A stretch of DNA of 64,000 nt from Candidatus Dormiibacterota bacterium (GTDB taxonomy: Bacteria; Chloroflexota; Dormibacteria; Aeolococcales; Aeolococcaceae). Shown here in pieces: positions 1-14,160 of the stretch. The position numbers were made by a program, and so were the translations under genes. The stretch is taken from contig DASRDZ010000072.1 in NCBI GenBank assembly GCA_035652335.1, forward strand, positions 26,081 to 90,080, read 5' to 3'. Positions within the stretch are counted from its first letter, which is position 1; every line of letters starts with the position of its first letter. The notes beneath the pieces are model-generated. The model made no database searches, was not told the origin of the DNA, and saw nothing but the letters and a program-made list of their open reading frames with translations.

Positions 1-2
1 GT

Positions 3-917
3 AGCGGCTGCCCCGAGGGGGTGTGCCAGGCGCTCTTCCGCAGCGACGACGCGGGCGCGTCGTGGACCCGGCTGTGGCCGCAGACCTACTCGGGCGGCAA
101 CGTCCTGCTGCCGCCCAGCTTCCCGGCCGATCCCACGATCTTCATCGTCGATGCGGGAGCCGGTGTGCTCTCCGGGGCGCCCGGCGCCGCCGCACCCACG
201 CTGGTGATTCCCGGAGCCGAGTCCGCGGCGGTCGATCCCGGCTCGCCGGCCGGGCGGGCCCACCTCGCGGCGGTCACCTACCACGGCTTGGTCGAGGCGT
301 ACACGGAGGGCGACTCCGCGCCCATGCCGGGGCCGGCGCTTCCGCCCGGTGTGATCCCGACGGGCATCGGCTTCGCCGGTCCCGGGCAGGTGGTGGTCGC
401 CGGGTACACGGAGACCACGGCCGGCCAGCAGACGGCCCAGCAGGCGGTCCTGATCCAGTGCGGCCTCGCCTCGACCTGCGGCACCCCGCTGGCATTTGCC
501 GCCGACACCGTCCTCGACCTGGCAGAGCCGTCCGGCGGCGGCCCGCTTCTCGCGTACAACAGGCGACGCGCCTACCTCTCCACCGACGGCGGCGCGTCCT
601 ACCGGCTGATCGACGCCGCGCCGGCCGGCCAGGTGCTGGAGGCGGCCGGGCTCGGCGGCACCCCGACCGGCACCCGCGTCGTCGTCAGCCACAGCGACGC
701 CGCCACGCAGTCGCACACCACCGCGGCCTACTCGGACGACCTCGGCGCCACCTGGAGCTCTGCCACCGGCGACCTGGCGGCGACCGGACCCACGATGGAT
801 GCCACCGTGCTCGGCGACGGCGACCTGCTGCTGGCCGTCCTGGCCGGGCCGCTGGAGCGCTTCGCGCTCCAGGAGTCCTCCGGCAACGGGAGCTGGGCCT
901 ACCCGCGCGTGTCCTGA
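3..917 (+). CDS. BNR/Asp-box repeat protein, probably 5'-partial (frame open to window edge)
   Basis: The ORF 21..917 frame has no stop back to base 3. Asp-box motifs SDDAGASW, STDGGASY and SDDLGATW are present. Third codon positions are G/C-rich. Confidence 0.7.
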   Translation, partial: SGCPEGVCQALFRSDDAGASWTRLWPQTYSGGNVLLPPSFPADPTIFIVDAGAGVLSGAPGAAAPTLVIPGAESAAVDPGSPAGRAHLAAVTYHGLVEAYTEGDSAPMPGPALPPGVIPTGIGFAGPGQVVVAGYTETTAGQQTAQQAVLIQCGLASTCGTPLAFAADTVLDLAEPSGGGPLLAYNRRRAYLSTDGGASYRLIDAAPAGQVLEAAGLGGTPTGTRVVVSHSDAATQSHTTAAYSDDLGATWSSATGDLAATGPTMDATVLGDGDLLLAVLAGPLERFALQESSGNGSWAYPRVS

Positions 918-925
918 GGCTCGGC

Positions 926-946
926 GCGCAGCCCCTAGCGCTGCGC
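926..946. terminator. GC-rich hairpin between convergent BNR gene and atpC (possible bidirectional terminator)
   Basis: GCGCAGC (926-932) pairs with GCTGCGC (940-946) around a 7 nt loop that contains the atpC stop. There is no U-tract. Confidence 0.25.
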
Positions 947-1387
947 CGGCGGCGGCGGAGCCGTGGCCCCACCACCGCGGCGCCGCTTGCGCATCTCGGC
1001 GATGCGCAGGCGGTACATGGCGCGCTCCAGGGCCGCCGCGGCCTCGGCGGCGTCCTCGTCGCTGACCTTCTGCTCCATGAGCTGCTGCGCCTTGCGGCGG
1101 GCCTCCTCGGCGCGGGCCTCGTCGATGTCCTCGGCCCGCTCGGCGGCGTCGGCGAGGATGACCACCTTGTCTGGCAGCACCTCGAGGAAGCCGCCGGCCA
1201 CGAAGAGGAACTCCTCGTTGCCCTCGTTGCGGACCAGCACCTCGCCGGGACGGAGCGGCGTCATCAGCGGGATGTGGTGCGGGAGGACGCCCAGCTCGCC
1301 GGCGAGCCCGGGGGCGCGGACGAAGTCCGCCTCCTGGCTGAGCACCCGCCCCTCGGCGGTGACCAGCTCGACCTGCAGCTTGGCCAT
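935..1387 (-). CDS. atpC: F1 ATP synthase subunit epsilon
   Basis: The N-terminus MAKLQVELVTAEGRV...GVLPHHIPLMT is typical of epsilon. It is the last gene of the atp operon, directly after atpD. Confidence 0.93.
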   Translation of the reverse strand: MAKLQVELVTAEGRVLSQEADFVRAPGLAGELGVLPHHIPLMTPLRPGEVLVRNEGNEEFLFVAGGFLEVLPDKVVILADAAERAEDIDEARAEEARRKAQQLMEQKVSDEDAAEAAAALERAMYRLRIAEMRKRRRGGGATAPPPPAQR

Positions 1388-1393
1388 GAGCGG

Positions 1394-5204
<3,811 letters not shown>

Positions 5205-5250
5205 CGTTACCTCGATCTCAACTCGTGCGCGGGCGCGCCCGGCGTGCTGG

Positions 5251-5817
5251 TCATGTGAGCGCGGTCCGAAGCTGCTGCAGCCGTGTCCGCACACTGCCGT
5301 CGATGACCCGGTCGCCGATGCGGATGACCAGGCCGCCGAGGATCTCTGGATCCTGCCGCACCGTGGTCTGCACCTGCGTGCCGAGCCGATCGGAGAGGCT
5401 CTTCTTGAGGCGCTCGGCCTCCTGGTCGCTCACCGGCACCGCCGAGGTGACCTCGGCGCGGACCACGCCGGAGGCGCGGTCGGCGAGGCGCCGGTAATGG
5501 GCCAGCACCGCGGGGAGCGCCGCCAGCCGGCCGCGCTCCAGGAGCAGGCGCACCAGGTTGGCGGCCTGCGGCGTGGTGCCCTCCAGCAGCGAGCCGGCCA
5601 GCTCCACGCGCTGCGGCTGCTTGAGCCGCGGGTCGTCCAGGGTGCGGAGCACCGCAGGATCGCCGAGGGCCTCGGCCACGCGCTCCAACTCACGACCCCA
5701 CTCCTCGGCCTTGCCGGCCTCGTGGGCGAGATCGAAGTAGGCCTGCGCGTAGCGGCGCGCGATCGCCTCGGAGACGGCCAACTCAGCCTCTCCGCACGCC
5801 GGCCGGGCGGCGCTCAC
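5251..5817 (-). CDS. atpH: F1 ATP synthase subunit delta (OSCP)
   Basis: [13 protein letters not shown] is an OSCP-type N-terminus. The gene lies between atpF and atpA, and its start overlaps the atpF stop as GTGA. Confidence 0.9.
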   Translation of the reverse strand: MSAARPACGEAELAVSEAIARRYAQAYFDLAHEAGKAEEWGRELERVAEALGDPAVLRTLDDPRLKQPQRVELAGSLLEGTTPQAANLVRLLLERGRLAALPAVLAHYRRLADRASGVVRAEVTSAVPVSDQEAERLKKSLSDRLGTQVQTTVRQDPEILGGLVIRIGDRVIDGSVRTRLQQLRTALT

Positions 5818-6332
5818 TCACCGCGGGTGACCTCGGCGAGCGACTCGTCGATGAGCTTCCTGTGGGTGTTGGCGTCGATCGCCTGACCGAGCACCCGCCC
5901 GGCGGCGTCGACGACCAGCGCGCTGAGCTGGGCCCGCACCTCCTGCACCGCGCGGTCGCGCTCGGCGCCGATCTCCTCGCGCGCCCGCACCACCTGGGCC
6001 TCCGCCTCCTTGCGGGCGCGGTTGCGCACGTCGTCGGCCTCGGCGGTCGCCTCCTGGTGGGCACGGGTGATCACCTCGCGGGCCTGCCCGCGCGCCTCGG
6101 CGAGCGTGCTCTCCACGTCGTGCTGCACGTCCCGCAGCCGCTTCTCCGCTTCGGCGGCGGCCTTCAGCCCCTCCTCGATCTGGCTCTGCCGCGCCTCCGC
6201 GGCGCGGATGATCGGCGGGTAGGCGTACTTGGCCAGGATCGCCAGCATGACCAGGAAGGTGATGATCTCGGCGACCAGGGTGCCGTTGAGGTCGAGCAGC
6301 CCGGCGTCCGCGACGGGCACTGTGGCGAGCAC
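5814..6332 (-). CDS. atpF: Fo ATP synthase subunit b
   Basis: One N-terminal hydrophobic helix is followed by a long charged A/E/R-rich helix. The gene lies between atpE and atpH. Confidence 0.9.
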   Translation of the reverse strand: MLATVPVADAGLLDLNGTLVAEIITFLVMLAILAKYAYPPIIRAAEARQSQIEEGLKAAAEAEKRLRDVQHDVESTLAEARGQAREVITRAHQEATAEADDVRNRARKEAEAQVVRAREEIGAERDRAVQEVRAQLSALVVDAAGRVLGQAIDANTHRKLIDESLAEVTRGE

Positions 6333-6336
6333 CTGA

Positions 6337-6591
6337 CTACTTCACCCCGTTGGCGACGGAGGTGATGAAGTAGAAGCCGAGGGCGAGGTTGATGAAGTAC
6401 ATCGCCTCGACCAGACCGATGATCAGGAACATGATCGTCTGCAGGCGGCCCTGGGCCTCGGGCTGCCGTGCCACGCCCGCGATGGTGGCGTTGCCGGCCA
6501 GGCCGTCGCCGATGGCGGCACCGATGGCGCCTCCGCCGAGGGCCATCCCGGCGCCGATCAGTGCGCCTGCGACAGCGATCGCGTGGTTCAT
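6337..6591 (-). CDS. atpE: Fo ATP synthase subunit c
   Basis: 84 aa two-helix hairpin that is Gly-rich ([18 protein letters not shown]). The second helix carries the carboxylate (LVEAMYF). Confidence 0.93.
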   Translation of the reverse strand: MNHAIAVAGALIGAGMALGGGAIGAAIGDGLAGNATIAGVARQPEAQGRLQTIMFLIIGLVEAMYFINLALGFYFITSVANGVK

Positions 6592-6614
6592 GTCTCCTCC
6601 TCGTTTGTCGTGGA

Positions 6615-7472
6615 CTATGCGGCCTGGGCGACCGCGGGGCTTTCCTCGGTGTCGTGCGCGTGGCCTGCTCGGCCCCCCTCCTCGCCGTGCAGCTCGTGCG
6701 CGATGCCCTCACGGGCGTGCTCGAAGTAGATGATCGTGAGCAGCATGAAGATGAAGGCCTGGATGCTGCCCACGAAGAAGACGTCGAAGAACTTCCAGCC
6801 GATCAGGAAGAACACGCCCACCACGCCGTAGAAGGTGTGGGCGAAGAACGACTCGCCGGCGCCGTAGAGCTGCCCCAGCAGGAAGACCATGACCACGCCG
6901 GCGAAGATGTTGCCGAAGAGCCGCAGCGAGAGCGTGATCGGCTTGACCAGCTCCTCGATGACGTTGAGGGGCACGAAGACGGCGCGCACGGCCTTGTTCA
7001 TCTCGAAGGGCTTGGTGAAGCGCTTGAAGAAGCGGCGCCAGCCCAGCGTGTGCACGCTGTACCACTCGACGACGAAGATGACCACCAGCCCCATCGCCGC
7101 GGTGGTGTTGAGGTCGGCGTTGGCCGGCTCCAGCGGGGAGTGCAGCGGGAAGAAGTCGAGCCAGTTGGCGATCAGGATGAAGAAGGCGATGGTCGCCGCC
7201 AGGGGGACGACGAAGTCGGCGCTCTCGTCGGCCACCACGGTGGTGCGCACCATGTTGCGCACGTAGCTCAGGAAGAGCTCGAAGATCATCTGCAGCTTGC
7301 CGGGACGCCCGTTGCGCAGGTTGCGCGCCACCAGCAGGCCGACGATCACGGTGATCACCATGGCGATGGCGCTGGACACCAGCGTGTCGCTGTTGAGGTT
7401 GCAGAAGCCACCCCCGTTGCAGAGGCTGACGGTGGGGTGGGTTCCGGGGCTCTCCGCTGCCAGCAGGTTCAA
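6615..7472 (-). CDS. atpB: Fo ATP synthase subunit a
   Basis: Polytopic membrane protein with the [12 protein letters not shown] motif (essential Arg). The TTG start overlaps the atpI stop as TTGA. Confidence 0.93.
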   Translation of the reverse strand: MNLLAAESPGTHPTVSLCNGGGFCNLNSDTLVSSAIAMVITVIVGLLVARNLRNGRPGKLQMIFELFLSYVRNMVRTTVVADESADFVVPLAATIAFFILIANWLDFFPLHSPLEPANADLNTTAAMGLVVIFVVEWYSVHTLGWRRFFKRFTKPFEMNKAVRAVFVPLNVIEELVKPITLSLRLFGNIFAGVVMVFLLGQLYGAGESFFAHTFYGVVGVFFLIGWKFFDVFFVGSIQAFIFMLLTIIYFEHAREGIAHELHGEEGGRAGHAHDTEESPAVAQAA

Positions 7473-7828
7473 CGCTTGATCTCGCGCAGCGCGCTGCCCG
7501 ACTGGATCAGCTGGGCCACGCCGAGGCCCGCGATGATCAGCCAGACGTTGTCGAGACCGATCATCAGCCCGACCACACCCGCCACCGCCATCAGGGTGAG
7601 GATGCGGAACAAGCTCGTGGCCATGAAGGGCATTTCCACGCGCAGCAGGCGCTGTGTCATGTGCGCGTTGGCGGCCCCGAGGACGATGCCGATGGCCAGC
7701 TCAGCGCCGACGGCGGCATGCCCTGCGATCGACGCCACCACGATCGAGATCGCCGCCGCCACGAAGCACGAAATCGTGCTCGCGCGAACGACGCGGCCCA
7801 CCTCTTGGGCCGTGCTTCCACCGATCAT
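7469..7828 (-). CDS. atpI: ATP synthase protein I
   Basis: Small hydrophobic protein immediately upstream of atpB. Start placed at ATG 7828 (MIGGST), which overlaps the upstream stop as ATGA. Confidence 0.75.
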   Translation of the reverse strand: MIGGSTAQEVGRVVRASTISCFVAAAISIVVASIAGHAAVGAELAIGIVLGAANAHMTQRLLRVEMPFMATSLFRILTLMAVAGVVGLMIGLDNVWLIIAGLGVAQLIQSGSALREIKR

Positions 7829-8058
7829 AGATAACGCCTGAACCTCACGTAGACCCCGGCAAACCCGCACAGGATACCAAGAGCGAGCCCGAGCCCGAGG
7901 CCGGCCGGGGAGCTCCCCAGAGCGTCGTCGACACGGATGCCGACGAACAGCGGAACCACCACGACGACGGCGAGGAAGACCCCCAATCCGAGCAGCTCCG
8001 CCCCGCTCGGGGCGTCGCGGTCCCCGGGTCCGCTGGGTTCGTCCCCGGGCTCACTCAT
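7825..8058 (-). CDS. AtpZ/AtpI-family small membrane protein (first gene of atp operon)
   Basis: 77 aa with two hydrophobic helices (LGLGVFLAVVVVVPLFVG, GLGLALGILCGFAGVYV). The position is typical of AtpZ. Confidence 0.7.
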   Translation of the reverse strand: MSEPGDEPSGPGDRDAPSGAELLGLGVFLAVVVVVPLFVGIRVDDALGSSPAGLGLGLALGILCGFAGVYVRFRRYL

Positions 8059-8105
8059 GGGGCGGCTTCTCCTCGCCGCCGGCCCGTGCTGCCGAGGGCG
8101 GCGGG

Positions 8106-8114
8106 AGGATAGCA
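8106..8114 (-). promoter_or_regulatory. Candidate extended -10 promoter element of the atp operon (TGcTATCCT on minus strand)
   Basis: The minus strand reads TGCTATCCT about 50 nt upstream of the atpZ ATG. A GAGGAG Shine-Dalgarno lies between. The same TGnTAnnnT pattern occurs upstream of pyrG and rpsA. Confidence 0.4.
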
Positions 8115-8147
8115 GGGTCCGCCGCGCCGGCGCCCCGGCGCGCGGTG

Positions 8148-8296
8148 GCGCCGCGGGTGGGTCAGGCGCCGGGCGGGTTCCGGCGCAGGGGCGGGTTCCG
8201 GCGCAGCGGAGGTGGTCCCGGCGCAGGGGGGGGTTCCGCCACAGTGGGGTGGTTCCGGTGCGGAGTCGCGCCGAGGGTGGGTCAGGCGCCGGGCGG
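8148..8296. repeat. Five tandem ~19 bp repeats (GGTTCCGGCGCAG core) bracketed by 29 bp direct repeats
   Basis: The direct repeats at 8148-8176 and 8268-8296 match at 28 of 29 positions. Cores lie at 8176, 8194, 8214, 8232 and 8251, with spacings of 18, 20, 18 and 19 nt. Confidence 0.85.
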
Positions 8297-8399
8297 CCCG
8301 CAGGGCCGCGCGGCGCCGCAGGGCGGGATCTGCCCGCCCTGTCTGCGCGCCCCAGGGCGCGCCAAAAAACCCGCCCTCCCCGCGCGCCGCAAGGCGCGC
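8293..8399. repeat. Multi-hairpin interspersed repeat, divergent copy (REP/MIRU-like)
   Basis: Four hairpins: GCGGCCC-gca-GGGCCGC; CAGGGCGGG-atctg-CCCGCCCTG (8319-8341); GCGCGCC-ccag-GGCGCGC (8345-8362); GCGCGCC-gcaa-GGCGCGC (8382-8399). The ATCTG loop is shared with the other copies. Confidence 0.7.
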
Positions 8400-9301
8400 T
8401 ATAAAAACCGCGGCCGCCGGCGGTCCGTCGCGTCGCCGCTCAGCGCGGCCAGCCGCACGGGCTCCTCGACGTCGACCCAGCGGGTCGACTCCCAGCCCCG
8501 GCAGAGGTCCATCCAGGCCGGGGTGCCGGCCGAGTGCCCGTGCGGCAGGAGCGCGTAGACGTTGACCGGGTCGAGCCGCGACTGGTAGCGGTAGTCCGCG
8601 CTGAGGCGGAGCGCGCCGCCGCGGTTGGTGGGGGCCCAGTGCAGCGTGAAGCTGTGGAACATGAGAACGTCGCCCGCCCGGTAGTCGGTGGTGCGGTACT
8701 CGGCGTCGCCGGCGGCCCAGTCGGAGGCGATCCCGCCCTGGCCGTCGGCCGGGCTCACCCCGCGCAGGCCGGTGCGGTGTGAGCCCGGGACGACGCAGAG
8801 GCCGCCGAGGTCGCGCGGGCAGTCGCCGAGGGGGACCCACATGGTGAGGGTGTCCGCGGCCCCGCGGACGAAGAAGTGGTCCTGGTGCGGTGGCGTCGGG
8901 TGGTCGAGGTCGGGGTAGGTCACCCGGGCGATCTTCATCGGCATCACCAGCAGCTCCTCGCCGAGCAGGGAGCGGGCGACGGCGGTCAGGGCGCGGTCGT
9001 GGGCCAGGGCGTGGAAGCGCTCGCTGGCCTGGATGGCGCTGTACCCGAGGTGCCAGTCGGGGTCGGTGTACAGGTGCGGGCGGCTGAGGTCGAGCCAGCC
9101 CACCCCGTCGAGCCGGGCGAGGACGTCGCCCCGGACCGCCGCCACCGACGCGGGGTCGACCAGGCGGCGGAAGAAGAGGTGCCCTTCCCGGCGGAGCCGC
9201 TCGCGGAGGGCGGCGGGGTCGCCGAGCAGCGGCGTGCTGTCCTCGAGCTCGGCGGCGGTGAGCTGCGTCTCCGCCGGCGTGGTCGCCGTCCCTCCTTGCA
9301 C
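8399..9301 (-). CDS. Phytanoyl-CoA dioxygenase (PhyH) family Fe(II)/2-oxoglutarate oxygenase
   Basis: An HxD motif (PPHQDHFF) and a downstream VPGSHR block are present. Length and layout are typical of PhyH-family proteins. Confidence 0.75.
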   Translation of the reverse strand: MQGGTATTPAETQLTAAELEDSTPLLGDPAALRERLRREGHLFFRRLVDPASVAAVRGDVLARLDGVGWLDLSRPHLYTDPDWHLGYSAIQASERFHALAHDRALTAVARSLLGEELLVMPMKIARVTYPDLDHPTPPHQDHFFVRGAADTLTMWVPLGDCPRDLGGLCVVPGSHRTGLRGVSPADGQGGIASDWAAGDAEYRTTDYRAGDVLMFHSFTLHWAPTNRGGALRLSADYRYQSRLDPVNVYALLPHGHSAGTPAWMDLCRGWESTRWVDVEEPVRLAALSGDATDRRRPRFL

Positions 9302-9337
9302 CTTGGGACGGAATTCTTACTTATTCGGCGGGCGCCG

Positions 9338-10573
9338 TCAATCCACCTCGCCGCCGTGCCGGATGCGCGACGGCGCGGCGGGGCGACCCGGCAGCGTCAT
9401 GTAGCCGGTGTCCTCGGACTCCATGGCCGGCTCGCGGCGCATGTTCCGCCAGATCAGCCCGATCAGGGCCACCGCCAGCAGGGCGACCGCCACCAGGAGG
9501 ATGCGCCGGTGCCCGAACAGCGCCAGGCCGACGCAGCCGAGGATGGCGGTGGCCAGGTAGAAGGTGAGCGCCGTCTCGCGAGGGCTGAAGCCCAGGTCGA
9601 GCAGGCGGTGGTGCAGGTGTCCGGTGTCGGCGTAGGCGATGCCGCGGCCGGCGCGGCGGCGGCGGACGATGGCGAAGGCGGTGTCGCCGATGGGCAGCCC
9701 CAGCGCCACCAGCGGGACGAGCAGGGACAGCGCCACCGCCAGCTTGGCGACGCCGAGGATGGTGATCATGCCGAGGGCGACGCCGAGGAAGTGGCTGCCG
9801 CTGTCGCCCATGAAGGTGCGCGCCGGGTTGAAGTTGAAGACCAGGAAGCCGGCGCAGCAGCCCATCAGCGCGCCGGTGAGGACGATCACGTCGCTCTGCG
9901 CGTTCTCGGTGGGCCCGAGGCGGTTGATCGCCGCCAGCAGCAGCACGCCCGCCACGATCGTGACAACTCCGGCAGCAACTCCGTCGACGCCGTCGAGCAG
10001 GTTGATCGAGGTCTGCATGCCGACGAACCAGACCACCGTCACCGGCAGCGCCATGATGGAGAGGTTGAGCACGCTCGCCGCGTGGCCGCCGGGCAGCGCC
10101 ACGAAGGTGATCGCCGCACCCACCGCGAAGGCGAGCACGCCGGCCCCCACCTCGATGGAGAGCTTGGCGTACCAGGGCAGGTCGAGGATGTCGTCGATGG
10201 CCATGGCCACCGTGATCACCCCGGTGATGGCGACGATCTGCCAGCGGGTGGCGATGGCGCCGCCGAAGGCGGCGACGCCGGCGGCGAACCCCACGTACAT
10301 GGCCAGGCCGCCGAGGCGCGGCGTGGGCGCCGAGTGGATGCGCCGCTCGTCCCGCTCGGGATGGTCGACCGCGCCGCGGCCGATCCGTCGCGCCAGCAGC
10401 ATGCTCAGCGGCACCACCACCATGCACACGACGCTGGCCAGGAGGAAGGGCGGGAGCGCCGGCAGCCAGGGCGCGGAGGAGGCGGTCGGATGCAGGGCGA
10501 TCGAGCCTCTAGGTCCGGTACGGCAGCGGGAAGCGGCGGCACAGGGCGAGGCTCTGCCGCCGGACCCGTTCAT
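9338..10573 (-). CDS. Glycosyltransferase family 4 (MraY/WecA-like) undecaprenyl-phosphate sugar-1-phosphate transferase
   Basis: Polytopic protein with [16 protein letters not shown] and [18 protein letters not shown] blocks. The start is uncertain: ATG 10573 overlaps glyA by 65 nt, and no canonical start lies just after the glyA stop before the first TM helix. Confidence 0.85.
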   Translation of the reverse strand: MNGSGGRASPCAAASRCRTGPRGSIALHPTASSAPWLPALPPFLLASVVCMVVVPLSMLLARRIGRGAVDHPERDERRIHSAPTPRLGGLAMYVGFAAGVAAFGGAIATRWQIVAITGVITVAMAIDDILDLPWYAKLSIEVGAGVLAFAVGAAITFVALPGGHAASVLNLSIMALPVTVVWFVGMQTSINLLDGVDGVAAGVVTIVAGVLLLAAINRLGPTENAQSDVIVLTGALMGCCAGFLVFNFNPARTFMGDSGSHFLGVALGMITILGVAKLAVALSLLVPLVALGLPIGDTAFAIVRRRRAGRGIAYADTGHLHHRLLDLGFSPRETALTFYLATAILGCVGLALFGHRRILLVAVALLAVALIGLIWRNMRREPAMESEDTGYMTLPGRPAAPSRIRHGGEVD

Positions 10574-11768
10574 GCGTGGCGGGATCGTCGAAGCCGTGCA
10601 GCATGGCGCTGAGCATGTCGGCGATCTCGTCCATCTCGGCGGCGCCCATGCCGCGCGTCGTCACCGACGGCGTGCCCAGGCGGATGCCGTTGGGGTTGAA
10701 GGGCGTGCCCCCGTGATAGGGGAACGTGTTGCGGTTGACGGTGATGCCCACCTCGTCGAGCGCGTCCTGCACCGCCTTGCCCTTGAGCTCGTGGGGTCGC
10801 AGGTCGATGAGCATGAGGTGGTTGTCGGTGCCGCCGCTGACCAGGACGATGTCGCGCCGGCTCAGCCCGGCGGCGAGCGCCTTGGCGTTGGCCACAACGT
10901 CGGTTGCGTACTGCTTGAATTCCGGCTGCATGCACTGGTGCAGCATCACCGCCTTGGCGGCGACGGCGTGGTTGTGCGGGCCGCCCTGGGCGCCGGGGAA
11001 CACCGACTTGTCGACCGCGTCGGCGTGCTCGGCCTTGCAGAGGATCATGCCGCCCCAGGGACCGCGCATCGTCTTGTGGGTGGTGAGGGTGACGAAGTCC
11101 GCATGCGGCACAGGGCTCGGATGCGCACCGCCGGCCACCAGCCCGGCGAAGTGGGCCATGTCGACCAGCAGGTACGCACCGACCTCCCTGGCGATGCCGG
11201 CGAAGGCCTCGAAGTCGAGGATGCGGGGATAGGCGCTGTAGCCGGCGACGATCATCTTCGGCCGCACCTCGCGGGCGCGCTGCCGGACGGTGTCCATGTC
11301 GAGGCGCTGGGTCTCCTGGTCGACCGTGTACGCCTCGAAGTGGTAGAGGCGGCCGCTGAAGTTGACCGGCGAGCCGTGGGTGAGGTGGCCGCCGTGGTCG
11401 AGGCCCATGCCCAGCACGGTGTCGCCGGGCTGGAGGACGGCCATGTAGACCGCCATGTTGGCGCTCGACCCGCAGTGCGGCTGGACGTTGGCGTGCTCCG
11501 CGCCGAAGAGCTGCTTGGCCCGGTCGATGGCCAGCTGCTCGACCTTGTCGACCACCTGGCAGCCGCCGTAGTAGCGACGCCCGGGGTACCCCTCGGCATA
11601 CTTGTTGTTGAGCCACGAGCCGAGCGCCTCCAGCACCGCCGGGGAGGCGATGTTCTCGCTGGGGATGAGCTCCAGGGTCTCCTCCTGGCGGCGCAGCTCC
11701 TCGTCGAGCAGGTCGGCCACGGCGGGGTCCACAGCGCGCACGGCGGGCTTCAACGGGGTGTGGATCAA
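10509..11768 (-). CDS. glyA: Serine hydroxymethyltransferase
   Basis: The PLP-lysine block TTHKTMRGP and [15 protein letters not shown] are present. The TTG start overlaps the tsaC stop as TTGA. Confidence 0.97.
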   Translation of the reverse strand: MIHTPLKPAVRAVDPAVADLLDEELRRQEETLELIPSENIASPAVLEALGSWLNNKYAEGYPGRRYYGGCQVVDKVEQLAIDRAKQLFGAEHANVQPHCGSSANMAVYMAVLQPGDTVLGMGLDHGGHLTHGSPVNFSGRLYHFEAYTVDQETQRLDMDTVRQRAREVRPKMIVAGYSAYPRILDFEAFAGIAREVGAYLLVDMAHFAGLVAGGAHPSPVPHADFVTLTTHKTMRGPWGGMILCKAEHADAVDKSVFPGAQGGPHNHAVAAKAVMLHQCMQPEFKQYATDVVANAKALAAGLSRRDIVLVSGGTDNHLMLIDLRPHELKGKAVQDALDEVGITVNRNTFPYHGGTPFNPNGIRLGTPSVTTRGMGAAEMDEIADMLSAMLHGFDDPATHERVRRQSLALCRRFPLPYRT

Positions 11769-12355
11769 GGAGACCCCTCCAGATATGGGCTCAGCTCGGC
11801 GTCGCCGAGGGGGCCGGCTCGCAGGATGCGCGGCGGCATGACGCTGCAGTCGATGATAGTTGAGGCCTGTCCGGCTGCGGGCCCGCCGTCCAGGACGGCG
11901 TCGATCTCCCGGCCCAGGGTGCGCTCGACCTCCGCCGCCGTGGTGGCGGGCGGCCCGCCGTGCCGGTTGGCGCTGGTGGAGGCCAGCGGGCCGGTGCGGG
12001 CGAGCAGCTCGCGGGTCAGGCTGTGCGCAGGGACGCGGACCATGATCGTGTCGCCCTGGCGGGGGATGGCGGGGTGCTTCGGGGGCCTTGCGAGGACGAC
12101 CAGGCTCAGGGCGCCGGGCCAGAAGCGCGTGGCGAGGCGGCGGGCCGTGGGGTCGAGGGTGCCGAAGCGCTCGGCGTCCTCGGGGGTGGCGGCGAGGAGG
12201 CTCAGCTCCAGCCCCGGGGGACGGCGCTTGATCCGGAAGATTCGCTCGGCGGCGGCGCCGTCGTCCGGGTGGCAGGCGAGGCCGTAGACGGTGTCGGTGG
12301 GGATGGCCACGACGCCGCCGGCCGCGACGACGGCGGCGACCTCCTCGACGGTCAT
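11765..12355 (-). CDS. tsaC: L-threonylcarbamoyladenylate synthase (TsaC/YrdC/Sua5 family)
   Basis: Start placed at ATG 12355 ([26 protein letters not shown]). IFRIKRRP and SANRHGGPP blocks are present. The start overlaps the prmC stop as ATGA. Confidence 0.9.
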   Translation of the reverse strand: MTVEEVAAVVAAGGVVAIPTDTVYGLACHPDDGAAAERIFRIKRRPPGLELSLLAATPEDAERFGTLDPTARRLATRFWPGALSLVVLARPPKHPAIPRQGDTIMVRVPAHSLTRELLARTGPLASTSANRHGGPPATTAAEVERTLGREIDAVLDGGPAAGQASTIIDCSVMPPRILRAGPLGDAELSPYLEGSP

Positions 12356-13203
12356 CGCGCCTCGACGACGCGGTCGCGACCGGTGAGGTCGTGGATGCGG
12401 TGGGTGGTGGCGGTGGGCAGCGCCGAGCGGACCAGCTGCTCGACCTGCTCGGCCCGGCGGGGATCGACCTCCACGGCCAGGTACGCGTTCTCGGTGAGCA
12501 GCGGGGCGACGCCGTCGAGGATCTGCCGGTAGGCGTCGAGGCCGTCGCCGGGGACGACCAGCGCCTGCTGGGGCTCGAAGTTCCGGACGCCGGCGGCCAG
12601 ATCGTCGAGCTCCGACTCGGTGACGTACGGCGGGTTGCTCAGCAGCATGTCGAAGCGCGCGTCGTGCAGCAGCGGCCCCGTCCAGGCGCCCTGCAGGAAG
12701 GTGAGCCTCTCCTCCACCCCATGGCGCGCCGCGTTCTCGCGCGCGACCTCGAGCGCCCCCGCGGACACGTCGGTGGCGACGACCTGCGCGTCCGGCAGCT
12801 CGCCGGCCATGGTGACGGCGATGCATCCGCTGCCGGTGCCGACGTCGGCGATGCGCAGCGGACGCGCCTGTGCACGCGCCCACTGCAGCGCGGCTTCGAC
12901 GAGGGTCTCCGTGTCGGGCCGGGGGATCAGGACCGCGGGTGTCACCGCGAAGGTGCGGCCGTAGAACTCGCGCTCACCGAGCAGGTACGCCACCGGCTCA
13001 CCGGTTGCGCGGCGGCGGAGCAGCTCGCGCACCGGAACCAGCTCGTCCTCGCGCAGGGGGCGGTCGAACTGCAGGTAGAGGTCGATGCGGCGCAGCCCGA
13101 GGGAGTGCGCGGTGAGCAGCTCGGCGTCGAGGCGCGCCGAGTCGCTGCCGCGCTGGGCGAGGAAGCCGGTGCTGAGGCGCAGCACCTCCAAGAGGGTTGG
13201 CAC
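12352..13203 (-). CDS. prmC: Release factor glutamine N5-methyltransferase
   Basis: The catalytic motif NPPY (LLSNPPYV) and the SAM-binding block DVGTGSG are present. Confidence 0.93.
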   Translation of the reverse strand: MPTLLEVLRLSTGFLAQRGSDSARLDAELLTAHSLGLRRIDLYLQFDRPLREDELVPVRELLRRRATGEPVAYLLGEREFYGRTFAVTPAVLIPRPDTETLVEAALQWARAQARPLRIADVGTGSGCIAVTMAGELPDAQVVATDVSAGALEVARENAARHGVEERLTFLQGAWTGPLLHDARFDMLLSNPPYVTESELDDLAAGVRNFEPQQALVVPGDGLDAYRQILDGVAPLLTENAYLAVEVDPRRAEQVEQLVRSALPTATTHRIHDLTGRDRVVEAR

Positions 13204-13374
13204 GGCGCGATCCTACCGGGCCGCCGCGCGCCTCACGCTGCCGCCCGCCCTGCGAACACGCCGCCGATCGCGCCCGTGCCCAGCTCGATGACAGTCGTGA
13301 AGGGATCCGTCAGGCCGTTGCCCCGAGGTGGTGGGAAGGACGTCTCGCCGGCACGAGCGGCCGGTGCGGAACCG

Positions 13375-14160
13375 TCAGACCGCGGTCCAGCCGCCGTCGA
13401 CGAGGAGCACATGCCCCGTCATGTAGCTGGAGGCATCCGAGGCGAGGAAGAGCAGCGGGCCGTCGATCTCGTGCAGCGCCGGGGTGCGGGCAAGGAGCGT
13501 CCGCTCCCGGATGGACCGCGCAAAGTCTTCATCCGCCAGGAAGCCTGTCATCTCCGAGGGAAAGTAGCCAGGCGCGAGGGCGTTCACCCGTACGCCGCGA
13601 CCGCCCCACTGAGCCGCCAACTGGCGGGTGAGGTTCACGATGGCACCCTTCGTCGCGTTGTACGCGGCCATCGGCCCGCGGGACGAGACGACGCCGTAGA
13701 TGGACGCGATGTTGACCACGCTCGCGACGGGGGACGCCAGGAGCAGGGGCCCCATCACTCGACACATGTCCAGGACGCTGACGAGGTTGACCTCGATGAC
13801 CTGTCGCAAGGCGTCGAGCGACTGCTCCTCGATGGGACCGCCGTCACAGATGCCGGCGTTGTTGACCAGCACGTCAAGCCGGCCGTGCGGTTGGAGCCGT
13901 TCGGCCAGCGCCTGGCGGTGGCGCGCGTCGGTGATGTCGCCCACCATCGTCTCGATCCGCTCACCGCATTCGGACGCGAGCTCGTCGAGGAGGTCTCCGC
14001 GTCGGGCGGTCACCACCACCGTCGCTCCAGCCTGGTGCAGCACGCGCGCGAAGCGAGCCCCGAGGCCAGCGGATGCCCCGGTCACCAACGCGACCCGGCC
14101 GTCCAGCCGCCATCGCACATCTGGCAGGCGGCCGTCTGGTGTCGACGCGTCTTCGCCCAT
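13375..14160 (-). CDS. Short-chain dehydrogenase/reductase (SDR) family oxidoreductase
   Basis: The Rossmann motif VTGASAGLG, NNAG, and YNATK (catalytic YxxxK) are present. Confidence 0.9.
   Translation of the reverse strand: MGEDASTPDGRLPDVRWRLDGRVALVTGASAGLGARFARVLHQAGATVVVTARRGDLLDELASECGERIETMVGDITDARHRQALAERLQPHGRLDVLVNNAGICDGGPIEEQSLDALRQVIEVNLVSVLDMCRVMGPLLLASPVASVVNIASIYGVVSSRGPMAAYNATKGAIVNLTRQLAAQWGGRGVRVNALAPGYFPSEMTGFLADEDFARSIRERTLLARTPALHEIDGPLLFLASDASSYMTGHVLLVDGGWTAV

Noticed and set aside
8176-8263. Possible CRISPR array (also considered for 23763..23956)
   Set aside because: The units directly abut or are separated by only 5-7 nt, with no unique spacers of 25-40 nt. There are only 2-5 units and no cas genes in the window.
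8055-8840. 261 aa minus-strand ORF and plus-strand ORFs 8145..8558 / 8212..8565 across the atp upstream repeats
   Set aside because: They consist of repeat-derived low-complexity sequence and overlap the well-supported PhyH gene out of frame. There is no coding signature.
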